NCBI GenBank assembly: GCA_964581255.1
Contig: CAZOMT010000033.1
Location: 111,527-175,526 of the forward strand
DNA: 64,000 bases
Source of the DNA: an uncultured Thermodesulfatator sp.
GTDB lineage: Bacteria > Desulfobacterota > Dissulfuribacteria > Dissulfuribacterales > QOAL01
Direction: 5' to 3'
The notes under the pieces are model-generated. The model was not told the origin of the DNA, did not search any database, and saw nothing but the letters and a program-made list of their open reading frames with translations. Shown one piece after another: positions 9,929-19,292 of this stretch. Numbering within the stretch: the stretch's first letter is position 1; every line of letters begins with the position of its first letter. The translations under genes and the position numbers were made by a program.

Positions 9929-11881
9929 ATGTTTCGGATCGACTTAAAAAAACAGGAAAGCCTTAGTGAAGAGCAGCTCGAGATACTGTCACAGATGTGG
10001 CAGCGTTGTGCAGGACGTATAATCATTTCTACAACGCTGGCGAAAAGCGGCCATCCAGGAGGCTCTCTTTCATGTCTCCATGCACTGCTTGTTTTATACG
10101 CCATCTTGCGCCATGATCCCGAAAACCCAGACTGGGAAGATCGGGATAGAATGATCATAAGCATAGGCCATATTTCTCCGGCCGTTTACGCAGTCCTTTC
10201 AGAATATGGTTATTTTACAGAGGAGGCCTTTCTGACCGAATTCAGAAGGGCGGGTTCTGCCTTTGGCGGCCATATTGAGCAGGGTGTGCCTGGGGTGGAA
10301 TGGAACACAGGCAATCTCGGCCAGGGATTATCTGCGGCAGATGGTTTTGGTCTTTCAGCAAGGCTACTGGGGCGGGACAAGGCCCGCACCTTTTGCCTCA
10401 TGGGAGACGGCGAACAGCAAAAGGGTCAGGTGGCAGAGGCCAGACGCTTCGCAGTCAAATATGGCCTCAAGGATCTGTTTTGCATCGTGGACAGGAATCA
10501 TCTCCAGATTGGCGGAAATACAGAAGAAGTGATGCCAGTAAGGGTTCGGGAAGAATATGAGGCAGCAGGGTGGAATGTCGTCTATGTGCCGGACGGAAAC
10601 GATTTCAATCAGTTCTACAAGGGGCTGAGGAGAGCGATTCTCCATGAAAACCTCGTTTCCGAAAGACCTGTAGTCATTGTCAACCGCACAATAATGGGTA
10701 GGGGAGTATCCTTCATGGAAGACAAGGCCAAGTATCATGGCTCTCCTCTTCCATTGGACATGGCCCAAGATGCCCTTAAGGAGATCGGACTTGATCCTGG
10801 AATCCTTGATGAATGGGCAAAAAAACGTGAGGCCAGAAAGATTTCGCCTGTTACTCATGCCTTTAGAAAGATGCCTACTCGGCGTATAGACCCTGGTGAA
10901 CCAATCGTTTACGCAGCAGACCAGGTGACAGATTGCCGTTCCGCATATGGAAATGCCCTAAAATCCCTGGCTGAAAAGAACAATCTCGGCAAGGAGCATC
11001 CCAAGATAGTAGGGTTCAGTTGCGACCTTGAAGGTTCTGTGAAGATGCAAGGTTTTCACGAGGTTTCGTCCAATGCCTTTTTCGAGGTCGGGATTCAGGA
11101 ACATCATGGCGCGGTGTGTTCTGCCGCCATGAGCCGGGATGGCTTTGCTGCCTTTTTCAGTACCTTTGGGGTATTCGCTGTGTGCGAAACCTATAATCAA
11201 CATCGCTTGAGTGACCAGAACCACACAAATCTCAAGGTGGTGGCCACGCATGTGGGCCTGGATGTAGGTGAGGATGGCCCTACTCATCAGTGCATCGATT
11301 ATATTGGGATCATGGAAAATCTTTTTGGCTTTTCCATTTTTATACCGGCTGACCCCAACCAGACAGACAGAATCGTAAGATATGTCGCCTCCACTGAAGG
11401 GAATTTTTTTGTAGGTATGGGCCGTTCCAAGATGTCCGTGGTTTTGGATGAATATGGCAAACCTTTTTTTGGACCCGACTATACATTCGTCCCAGGCAAG
11501 GCGGATTGGCTGAGAAGGGGAAAGGACAGCTGTACCATTATAGCCTACGGCTCTGTAATGCCCTATGTCCTGGATGCTTGGAAGACGTTAACGCAAAAGG
11601 GGGTAGATGTATCTGTCCTCAATACAGCATCCTTGAAACCTGTTGACGAAGAGGCCATATGTGAGGCTGCTCAAAATGGCCCCATAGTCACTGTGGAGGA
11701 TCACGTGGTCCATACGGGCATCGGTGCCATCACTGCCAGGACCCTTATAAGACATGGCATTTGCCAGAAGGTGGTAAATCTTGGAGTTCGTTCCTATGGT
11801 GCCTCTGGAAAACCGGCTGATCTTTACAGGATGCAGGGTCTAGACAGTGAAGCAATAGTCGAGGCTGTCATGGGTATTTGA
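9929..11881 (+). CDS. tkt: Transketolase (single-chain)
   Basis: About 650 aa, with GHPGGSLS, a ThDP-binding region (LMGDGEQQKGQVAEA), and pyrimidine-binding and C-terminal domains (EHHGAVCSAAM...). The track start at 9923 is a TTG. Confidence 0.85.
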   Translation: MFRIDLKKQESLSEEQLEILSQMWQRCAGRIIISTTLAKSGHPGGSLSCLHALLVLYAILRHDPENPDWEDRDRMIISIGHISPAVYAVLSEYGYFTEEAFLTEFRRAGSAFGGHIEQGVPGVEWNTGNLGQGLSAADGFGLSARLLGRDKARTFCLMGDGEQQKGQVAEARRFAVKYGLKDLFCIVDRNHLQIGGNTEEVMPVRVREEYEAAGWNVVYVPDGNDFNQFYKGLRRAILHENLVSERPVVIVNRTIMGRGVSFMEDKAKYHGSPLPLDMAQDALKEIGLDPGILDEWAKKREARKISPVTHAFRKMPTRRIDPGEPIVYAADQVTDCRSAYGNALKSLAEKNNLGKEHPKIVGFSCDLEGSVKMQGFHEVSSNAFFEVGIQEHHGAVCSAAMSRDGFAAFFSTFGVFAVCETYNQHRLSDQNHTNLKVVATHVGLDVGEDGPTHQCIDYIGIMENLFGFSIFIPADPNQTDRIVRYVASTEGNFFVGMGRSKMSVVLDEYGKPFFGPDYTFVPGKADWLRRGKDSCTIIAYGSVMPYVLDAWKTLTQKGVDVSVLNTASLKPVDEEAICEAAQNGPIVTVEDHVVHTGIGAITARTLIRHGICQKVVNLGVRSYGASGKPADLYRMQGLDSEAIVEAVMGI

Positions 11882-11919
11882 TATAAGTAAAAATCTGTTT
11901 TTGGCCTGACAAAATAAAA

Positions 11920-11957
11920 AGGCCCAAGTCATTGTGACCTGGGCCTTTCTCATTTTT
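11920..11957. terminator. Intrinsic terminator between the convergent tkt and OMP genes
   Basis: The stem AGGCCCAAGTC pairs with GACCTGGGCCT with one mismatch. A T-rich tract follows on the + strand and an A-run precedes it. Confidence 0.6.
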
Positions 11958-11983
11958 GCGATTTCTAAGTGGCTCTGATTATC

Positions 11984-13603
11984 CTAGAAGAACCACAGAA
12001 ATTCTGCAGCAAAGCGCATGGAAACGTCATCGCTGTCTTTTCCTTGTTCAAAGTCAACATCACGGCCATAGGCGTTGACTGCTTGGGTAATATCCTTGGC
12101 GCCAGCTCCTGGGAAGAGGAATGCTGCTCCGCCCTTAATGGTAACTGACTTGAAGAGCTGGTAACGGATTTCATTGTTCCACTCAACACCCATGAAGCTA
12201 TCTATATCGACATTTCCTGTTACACCCATTGTGGTGAAGTAGTTTTCAACTGCCTCTGTCTCATTGAACCACATGGCCATTACATGGGTTATGTAGGTCC
12301 AATTGCCGTATCCGGCATTGATTCCGCCACCGACCATGCTGAAGCCTGGGTTATCAAGAGCAGCTGCACCGTTGATGCCACCGCCGCGGACTGTTCCATA
12401 ATATGTCGGGAACATGCTGTAAAGGATCTGGCCCAAGAATGGGTTGCCATCGTGAGATATTGACTGCTCGCTTCCGAACCTTGGAGTGAACCTTGTGATT
12501 CCCACTGCTGGGGTAAAGCCTTCAAGGTCATCGTCATTGGGATCATCATCACCCCTGAGCCAATAACCACCCACGTGCACCTCAAATTTCTTGATGCCAA
12601 CCATTTCATGGAGGTCTGCCAGCAGATCTCCGTAGAAGGCATAGGAGCTGATGTCATAGTCGATCTCGCGATCATTGTCGAAGGTTCCGCCTACATAGGC
12701 AAATTCTGCCATTGGATGGAAGATACCGTAATTGCCTTTGTAGTTGATGGCTCCAAAAAACCTATCTATATCGATATGGTTGCCCTGCTGATTGTTCTGG
12801 TCATAAAGGAAAACGCCTTCCACATAGGTATTCTTCATAAAGGTATAGCCGAGTTTGCCCATGTAAAAGGTGCGGTCGGTGTGGGACTGCTGGGTTGGAG
12901 GGCCTATGGGGTTGACATTCCTCTTGACGTCATCATTTGGCGCTCCGTCTATGCCGGCATAACCAGCCTCTTGCTCGTCTTTCTTGATATACCATGCAGC
13001 CCATTTGAAGCCATTGGCACATCCTGTGATACCCAGGCCTGGATCATCATCGCCATAGATCAGGCCTCCAAATCCCACATCAGCGCCCTTGACGTCCCAT
13101 CCACCATTGAAACGGGAATTGATCCAGGGCAGATTGAAGGATGCATTCAACCTTTCAATACCAAACTGTTGGCTCTGGAGACCATATGCGAAGTCTGTGC
13201 GGTCTACAGCAGTCCTATCCAGGGTGGTATCAGATTCCAATGCAAAGTACACATCCCAGTCTTGGTCGTGGGCAAAGTTGAAAAACAGCCTGTTCTCACC
13301 ACGGATATAGCCGTCTTTTAATGCGCCGCCAGCTTCATTCAAATGGTCCTTGAGGCTGCTGCCCAAGACTCCAACCTTCCTCATGATACCCACTGCTCTT
13401 TGTTCCTGTTCCTTGCTCAATTCACTGGATGTACCAAAATCTCTACTGATTTCCTGCGTGGGTACCAGGCGTACCTGAGCGCCCATCCTGATTGTAATAT
13501 CTCCAAGTGTCTGGACATTTACTGTACCTGGACCCGCAAAGGCCAAGGCTGCCGTAAACAGTGAAATCATGGCTACGGCAAATACAGTCAAGATCTTTTT
13601 CAT
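11984..13603 (-). CDS. Outer-membrane beta-barrel protein (porin-like), family unknown
   Basis: The signal peptide is MKKILTVFAVAMISLFTAALAFA. The sequence is aromatic/Gly/Asp-rich with alternating strands and ends ...EFLWFF, a terminal Phe as in OM barrels. SD GGAGGG lies before the ATG at 13603. The track ORF start at 13639 lies further upstream. Confidence 0.65.
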   Translation of the reverse strand: MKKILTVFAVAMISLFTAALAFAGPGTVNVQTLGDITIRMGAQVRLVPTQEISRDFGTSSELSKEQEQRAVGIMRKVGVLGSSLKDHLNEAGGALKDGYIRGENRLFFNFAHDQDWDVYFALESDTTLDRTAVDRTDFAYGLQSQQFGIERLNASFNLPWINSRFNGGWDVKGADVGFGGLIYGDDDPGLGITGCANGFKWAAWYIKKDEQEAGYAGIDGAPNDDVKRNVNPIGPPTQQSHTDRTFYMGKLGYTFMKNTYVEGVFLYDQNNQQGNHIDIDRFFGAINYKGNYGIFHPMAEFAYVGGTFDNDREIDYDISSYAFYGDLLADLHEMVGIKKFEVHVGGYWLRGDDDPNDDDLEGFTPAVGITRFTPRFGSEQSISHDGNPFLGQILYSMFPTYYGTVRGGGINGAAALDNPGFSMVGGGINAGYGNWTYITHVMAMWFNETEAVENYFTTMGVTGNVDIDSFMGVEWNNEIRYQLFKSVTIKGGAAFLFPGAGAKDITQAVNAYGRDVDFEQGKDSDDVSMRFAAEFLWFF

Positions 13604-13756
13604 TTTTTCCCTCCTTAAATGAATGTTTGGATAATCCAAAAACTCCTTACGAATCCATTGGGTTGTCTCTGTTTTTTCACCTCCTGTCTATCTGTTATTT
13701 TTGATCTCTTTTAATGACCCTCCCAACTAAAAAAGATCAATTTATGGTGATGAGGC

Positions 13757-14887
13757 TTACTTGCTCATTTCCTTGACCATTTGCTGAGAATACGTATTGA
13801 TGCGCTTTTCATACGCTTCTCTCACTATTGCGATATCTCTAATGAACAGTTCGAGTTCTTTCGGTGTAAGGGATTGGTGGCCATCACAAAGGGCTTGCTC
13901 TGGCTCTGGATGACACTCAACAAGGATCATGTTGGCCCCTGCTATTACGCCTTGGGCTGCGGCATTGAAGATATCCATGAGGCCATTTGGCGCTCTGTCC
14001 TTAGAGCCAATTGAATGGCTCGGGTCAACACATACAGGAAGCCTTGTGAGCCTGTGAATTACTGGTACGTGTATGAAGTCCGCCATGTTTCTATGGGGGG
14101 AGCTCATGGAGGTCTTTATCCCCCTGAGGCAGAAGACGATATTGCGGTTGCCCTCACTTGCTATGTATTCACAAGCATTTAAAGATTCCTCTATTGTGAG
14201 ACCCATCCCCCTCTTGTACAGGACAGGTAATTCTGTCTGAGACCCAACCGCCTTTAAGAGTTCAAAATTTTGGGCATTTCTGGTGCCTATCTGGAGCATC
14301 ACTCCCGTGGGATTGCCAGCCTCTTCAAGGGCCCTTATGATCTCCTCAATGTGTATTTCCTTGAGGACCTCCATCGCAATTACCTTGATGTCGTACTTGC
14401 CTGCAAGTTCAAATACCCACGGCAAGCATGCGGCTCCATGGCCCTGGAAGTCATAGGGGCTGGTTCTAGGTTTGTAGGCTCCCATTCGAGCCGTGACAAT
14501 TCCTAGCTCCTTGAGATCCTTGAATACCTCTTCCACGTATTCCGGGGTGTCAACGGCGCAAGGGCCGGCAAAGATATTCAAGCCGTCCTGATCGAATTTG
14601 ACTCCGTTGTAAGTGAAGCCCACAGGAACAAAGTTGACGTCGTGACGCCCGATTTGCCTGTATTTGGTGGAAACCCTGACCACCTTCTCAACCCCTGGCA
14701 TGGAGCTAAGCACCTCTTCAGGCACGTTATGGGTGGGGCCAATAAGATGCACCTCCCTAACTGTACGGGTTTCTCCTGTGAGTTCGATTATCCTGATATT
14801 TAGGCCTGGAAAATTTTCCAGAAATTCATAGATCCTTTTTAATTCGTGGCCGTCCTTGTCCACACTTTCCTTAAGAATTAGTATCAT
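13757..14887 (-). CDS. 3-deoxy-7-phosphoheptulonate (DAHP) synthase, class I-beta, with N-terminal regulatory domain
   Basis: The ORF is colinear with Thermotoga-type DAHPS: AGPCAV, GAYKPRTSPYDFQG, IGTRNAQNF, DPSHS and ECHPEPEQALCDGHQSL. An N-terminal segment of about 90 aa looks ferredoxin-like. Confidence 0.85.
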   Translation of the reverse strand: MILILKESVDKDGHELKRIYEFLENFPGLNIRIIELTGETRTVREVHLIGPTHNVPEEVLSSMPGVEKVVRVSTKYRQIGRHDVNFVPVGFTYNGVKFDQDGLNIFAGPCAVDTPEYVEEVFKDLKELGIVTARMGAYKPRTSPYDFQGHGAACLPWVFELAGKYDIKVIAMEVLKEIHIEEIIRALEEAGNPTGVMLQIGTRNAQNFELLKAVGSQTELPVLYKRGMGLTIEESLNACEYIASEGNRNIVFCLRGIKTSMSSPHRNMADFIHVPVIHRLTRLPVCVDPSHSIGSKDRAPNGLMDIFNAAAQGVIAGANMILVECHPEPEQALCDGHQSLTPKELELFIRDIAIVREAYEKRINTYSQQMVKEMSK

Positions 14888-15069
14888 GCTATCTCTCTAA
14901 CCTGTTCATAATGTAGTAAAATTGCTGCCTGAATGCATTTTGGCCTTTTTTATTTAACACTGGGCCGACGGCAGGTCAACTGCCTGAGTTGCTGTTTTTT
15001 TAAGCTGTTACAATTTATAAATATGAGATTAGCATAAAATAGTATCTATTTGAACAATCAATTGGAGGG

Positions 15070-17391
15070 TCAACTTTTATTTTTCAGCCATGTTAGGCGC
15101 TCCACTCCTTGAACATTGGTGCAGGCACGTTTAAGGGCGAATCGCTGGCCAATGAGAAAGACCTTTTCTTCGGCACGCGTAATGGCAGTATAGAACCACT
15201 TGTTGTTCAGCATGATGAAATGGGAATTGGAAAGGGGAATCACCACGATCCTGTATTGGCTGCCCTGGGCCTTGTGGACTGTCAAGGCATAGGCCAGTTC
15301 CAAGATGTCACCCAGATGGTCGAATTCATAGGCAACCACTATCCTTTCGGGATAGACTACGAAAAACTGCTCGCTTTCCATGTCGATTCGGGAGACCAGC
15401 CCTACATTGCCATTGAAGATTCGCCTGAATTCCTGACGAGAAAATTGTTTGCCATTTCCTATGAATTCATCCCAGGGCATGACTTCCATGTCCTTGTTCT
15501 GGAGATGTACTACCTTGTCTCCCTCCTTGAGGCGGATACCAGATCTAGTGATGCTTCTGGATTTTAAGGACGGGTTGAGTATATCCTGAAGCCTGTTGTT
15601 CAAGATTTCTGTTCCAAGCTGGCCGATCCGCATGGGAGTGAGAACTTGAAAGTCCCAGGATGGATGAGTCAGCTGTTTCACGTAAAAGGCGGCAAGTTCC
15701 ATGATCCTGTTCAGGATGGCCTGGTTATTTTCTTCTCGGAGTTTCTTTAGCTCCTTTTCGTTTTTGTTTTGTCTCTTGATGGAAAATATATTGTGAATTT
15801 CCAGGTTTTCATATGAAAAATCGTTCCAGTTACGAAGCTCAACGCCTTCCGGGACTCGGCCCTGCCTGATCTCATTGGCAAAAAGTGCAAGAACGCTGTC
15901 TTCTCCCTGCCTGAATATCTTGGTCAGATGTATGGATGGGATCAGCCCTGTAGAAAGCGCATCTGAAAAGACGTTTCCTGCGCCTATGGGCGGAAGCTGT
16001 GCCGGATCTCCAACGAGGATCAAAAGTGTGGTGGGCCTCAGTGCCTGTGCCAAGCGGTAGAAAAGGGATAGATTCACCATTGAGGCCTCATCCAGCACGA
16101 TGACCTTGTAGGGTACTGGATTGTCCGGGCCGTGTTCAAACTGGTTTTCCCCTTTATATTTCAGCAGGGAATGGATGGTCACTGCCTCGTGGCCAGTGGT
16201 CTTTCTGAGGCGTGACGAGGCCATTCCTGTAAAGGCACAACAGATTATGTCTTCCCGGTCGACATAATATTGTCCTAGAAGCTCGAGAATTGCCCTGCAA
16301 ACCGTGGTCTTTCCTGTGCCTGCATAGCCAGCAAGCCCAAAGACAAGCCGGGGCTCAGTGGCGATCTTCTTGATTATCTCCTTTTGTTCATCTGCAAATT
16401 CAACCCCTTTCATAGCCTCGTAACTGGTGATAAATTCTTCTACCTCTTCCAGGCTGAGGGTCTTTCTCTGCCATGTTTTAGATCGTTCAAGAAAGAATTC
16501 CCTGAGCTTGTCTTCCATGTATTTATATGAAGAAAGGCCTATTTCACCTTTTTCCCCCCTGACAATCACCCCTTCGAGGATCATCTTGTTCACAACCCCT
16601 GAGATCCTGGAATCTGTGACTTGGGCTTCCTCAGTGGCAAGGAGTTCTTTTGCAGCAGTCAGAAGGTGATCGCTTTCCAAGTAACAGTGTCCTTGGGATT
16701 CAGCTGCATCTACAAGAACATGATTGATGCCAGCCTTTATTCTCCATGGCGAGTCTGCTGCTATTCCCAGGGCCAGGGCTATCTTGTCTGCGGTCTTGAA
16801 ACCAATGCCACGCACCTCAGTGAGTTTGTAAGGGTTTTCCTTGATGATCTCCAAGGATTGGTCGCCAAAATGGTTATAGATGCGCACCAGCAGATTGGGT
16901 GTGATATGGCCTCTGCCACCAAGATATGAGGCAAGGGATTTGAGGGCCCTGTGTTTATGCCAGGAGCGCTTGATCAAAGACAGCCGTTTTTCCTTTATGC
17001 CTTTGACCTTGAGCAGTCGTTCCGGTTCATTGTCCAAGATATTGACTAGCTGTTCTTCGCCGAACTCTTTTATCAGGTTTCTGGCCATCTTGTCTCCCAA
17101 CCCCTTTACCACCTTGCTGAGGAAAAAGTGGAGCTCGCTTCCCATCAAACAATACTGGCTGAAGTCGAACTGGCGTCCATACTTTGTCATCTTCCAGGAC
17201 CCAATGAATTCAAATTCGGCTCCCACAAGGCCTGCATTGGAGGCAAGTTCACAAATATGGCCCTTTACGGTGAAGCATGAGCCCTTTTTGGGTTTCACCC
17301 TTAATATGGCAAAGCCGGATTCAGGATCAGAATATGTGATTCGTTCTACAGTTGCCCTGAGTTTTATTTCCTGTGGTGGGCTTTGTTCCAT
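15070..17391 (-). CDS. recD2: RecD2-type SF1 DNA helicase
   Basis: The 773-aa ORF has Walker A GYAGTGKTT, then VLDEASMV, LVGDPAQLPPIG and ALTVHKAQGSQY. The N-terminal region is HhH-like. Confidence 0.82.
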   Translation of the reverse strand: MEQSPPQEIKLRATVERITYSDPESGFAILRVKPKKGSCFTVKGHICELASNAGLVGAEFEFIGSWKMTKYGRQFDFSQYCLMGSELHFFLSKVVKGLGDKMARNLIKEFGEEQLVNILDNEPERLLKVKGIKEKRLSLIKRSWHKHRALKSLASYLGGRGHITPNLLVRIYNHFGDQSLEIIKENPYKLTEVRGIGFKTADKIALALGIAADSPWRIKAGINHVLVDAAESQGHCYLESDHLLTAAKELLATEEAQVTDSRISGVVNKMILEGVIVRGEKGEIGLSSYKYMEDKLREFFLERSKTWQRKTLSLEEVEEFITSYEAMKGVEFADEQKEIIKKIATEPRLVFGLAGYAGTGKTTVCRAILELLGQYYVDREDIICCAFTGMASSRLRKTTGHEAVTIHSLLKYKGENQFEHGPDNPVPYKVIVLDEASMVNLSLFYRLAQALRPTTLLILVGDPAQLPPIGAGNVFSDALSTGLIPSIHLTKIFRQGEDSVLALFANEIRQGRVPEGVELRNWNDFSYENLEIHNIFSIKRQNKNEKELKKLREENNQAILNRIMELAAFYVKQLTHPSWDFQVLTPMRIGQLGTEILNNRLQDILNPSLKSRSITRSGIRLKEGDKVVHLQNKDMEVMPWDEFIGNGKQFSRQEFRRIFNGNVGLVSRIDMESEQFFVVYPERIVVAYEFDHLGDILELAYALTVHKAQGSQYRIVVIPLSNSHFIMLNNKWFYTAITRAEEKVFLIGQRFALKRACTNVQGVERLTWLKNKS

Positions 17392-17417
17392 ATCACTATT
17401 GAGGACCGTAAAGATAT

Positions 17418-18284
17418 TCAGCCTCGTTTTCTAGGGTCCAGGGCATCTCTGAGCCCTTCTCCAAGAAGGTTATAACCTAATACGGTGATGAGTATCGCAA
17501 GGCCAGGGTATACTGAAAGCCACCAGGCTATCTCAAGATTGTCCTTGCCTTCAGTCAGCATGTTGCCCCAGCTTGGTGTGGGAGGTTGTACTCCTATTCC
17601 TAAAAAGCTTAGGGCACTTTCCGTGAGTATGGCACCCCCGACTCCCAAGGTGGCGGAAACGATAATGGGTGCGATGGCGTTTGGAAGAATTTCACTGAAT
17701 ACGATTCTCATGTTCGATGCGCCTGAGATCCTTGCAGCAAGCACGAAATCCCTCTTTCTGAGGCTTAAAAATTCTGCGCGTACCAGGCGGGCAACCCCCA
17801 TCCACCCCGTAAGTCCTATTACGGCCATGATGTTCCAGATGGATGGCTCGAGAAATGCGATAACTGCCATTATCAGGAATATGGAGGGAAAACAGAGCAT
17901 TATGTCCACGAAACGCATGACGATGGTATCTATCCACTTGCCATAAAAACCAGCAAGTGCACCAAGCACCGTGCCCACGGCAGTGGCAATACCCACGGCC
18001 ACAAAGCCTACAAGCAAAGATATTCTTGAACCATAGATGAGTCTGGAAAGGCAATCGCGGCCCAGGGAGTCTGTTCCAAGCCAGTGCATAGAAGAGGGAG
18101 CCTCTAGGATGTGATAGGTGTCTATGGCCTGGGGGTCATAAGGTGCCAAAAGTGGTGCAAGCAGTGCTGTCATAAACAATACAAACACAATTACGGAACC
18201 GGAAATGGCCAAGGGGTTGGCCAGCAAGGCGGCAATAAAGGAAAATATCTTATTACGTCTTTTTTCTGGTGCAGCCTTTGCCAT
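17418..18284 (-). CDS. ABC transporter permease, OppC/DppC type
   Basis: The 288-aa ORF has about 6 TM segments and an OppC-like N-terminus. It lies downstream of an OppB-type permease. Confidence 0.85.
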   Translation of the reverse strand: MAKAAPEKRRNKIFSFIAALLANPLAISGSVIVFVLFMTALLAPLLAPYDPQAIDTYHILEAPSSMHWLGTDSLGRDCLSRLIYGSRISLLVGFVAVGIATAVGTVLGALAGFYGKWIDTIVMRFVDIMLCFPSIFLIMAVIAFLEPSIWNIMAVIGLTGWMGVARLVRAEFLSLRKRDFVLAARISGASNMRIVFSEILPNAIAPIIVSATLGVGGAILTESALSFLGIGVQPPTPSWGNMLTEGKDNLEIAWWLSVYPGLAILITVLGYNLLGEGLRDALDPRKRG

Positions 18285-18290
18285 GGAATT

Positions 18291-19289
18291 CTATTCCTCC
18301 CCCCTGAGGCCTGTCCTTATGCGCGGGTCCACGGCTGCATAGCCCATATCGGCCAGCAGGTTGCCAAGTAGCGTAAGTACTGAGACTATGACCAAGTTAC
18401 CCATAAGCACAGGATAATCCCTTGCCATGACGGATGACCACATGAGCTGGCCCACACCAGGGATGGCAAAGATGGATTCAAAGATGACGCTTCCACCTAT
18501 CAGTCCGGGAATAGAAAGCCCCAGAATGGTAATCAGGGGAAGAAGTGCATTGCGAAGCGCATGCCTATAGATCACCGTGCCTTCAGGAAGCCCCTTTGCC
18601 CGTGCCGTGGTAATAAAGTCCTGCCTGAGGACCTCCAGCATGGAGGATCTGGTATAACGGGAAAAACCAGCCAGACCACCAATGGCTGACACGAATACAG
18701 GAAGCACTAGGTGCCTTGCCCAGTCCAATACCTTGTGCCAGGTGTCCATGCTTTCGTAGCCCATGAGGGTGTGAAGGCCTGATACAGGCAACCAATTGAG
18801 CTCTATGCCGAAATAGAGCATTAACAGAAGCGCCACCCAGAAAGCAGGTGCAGCATAGGCAACAAAGACCAGAATAGTGGTGAGTTGGTCAAAGAGGCTG
18901 TTTTGGCGTACAGCAGCCCTTACCCCAAGAGGGATTGATACCACGATGATCAGTATCATTGAAAGCACATTGATCAGGATGGTAACAGGAAGCCTTTCCT
19001 TTATCTTGTCCCAAACCTTTCTCCTGTCTGGGGAAAACGAGCGTCCAAGATCCAGTTGAACCAGGCCCTTGAACCATTTCGCGTACTGAACGTACAAGGG
19101 TTTGTCCAGTCCATACTGTGCCCTGAGCCTTTGTCTCATTTCTGGCGTCATCTTTGGATTGAAATCTGCCTGAAGGCTCATGGGCTCACCAGGGGCAAGG
19201 TGCATGACAAAAAATGAGATGAGTGTGATCCCTATGAATGTGGGAATAAGGGTCAATAGCTTCTTTGCAATCCAGATAAGAAAGTCCAT
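18291..19289 (-). CDS. ABC transporter permease, OppB/DppB type
   Basis: The 332-aa ORF has a typical DppB N-terminus (LIPTFIGITLISFFVMHLAPG) and a conserved permease loop region. Confidence 0.85.
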   Translation of the reverse strand: MDFLIWIAKKLLTLIPTFIGITLISFFVMHLAPGEPMSLQADFNPKMTPEMRQRLRAQYGLDKPLYVQYAKWFKGLVQLDLGRSFSPDRRKVWDKIKERLPVTILINVLSMILIIVVSIPLGVRAAVRQNSLFDQLTTILVFVAYAAPAFWVALLLMLYFGIELNWLPVSGLHTLMGYESMDTWHKVLDWARHLVLPVFVSAIGGLAGFSRYTRSSMLEVLRQDFITTARAKGLPEGTVIYRHALRNALLPLITILGLSIPGLIGGSVIFESIFAIPGVGQLMWSSVMARDYPVLMGNLVIVSVLTLLGNLLADMGYAAVDPRIRTGLRGEE

Positions 19290-19292
19290 ATG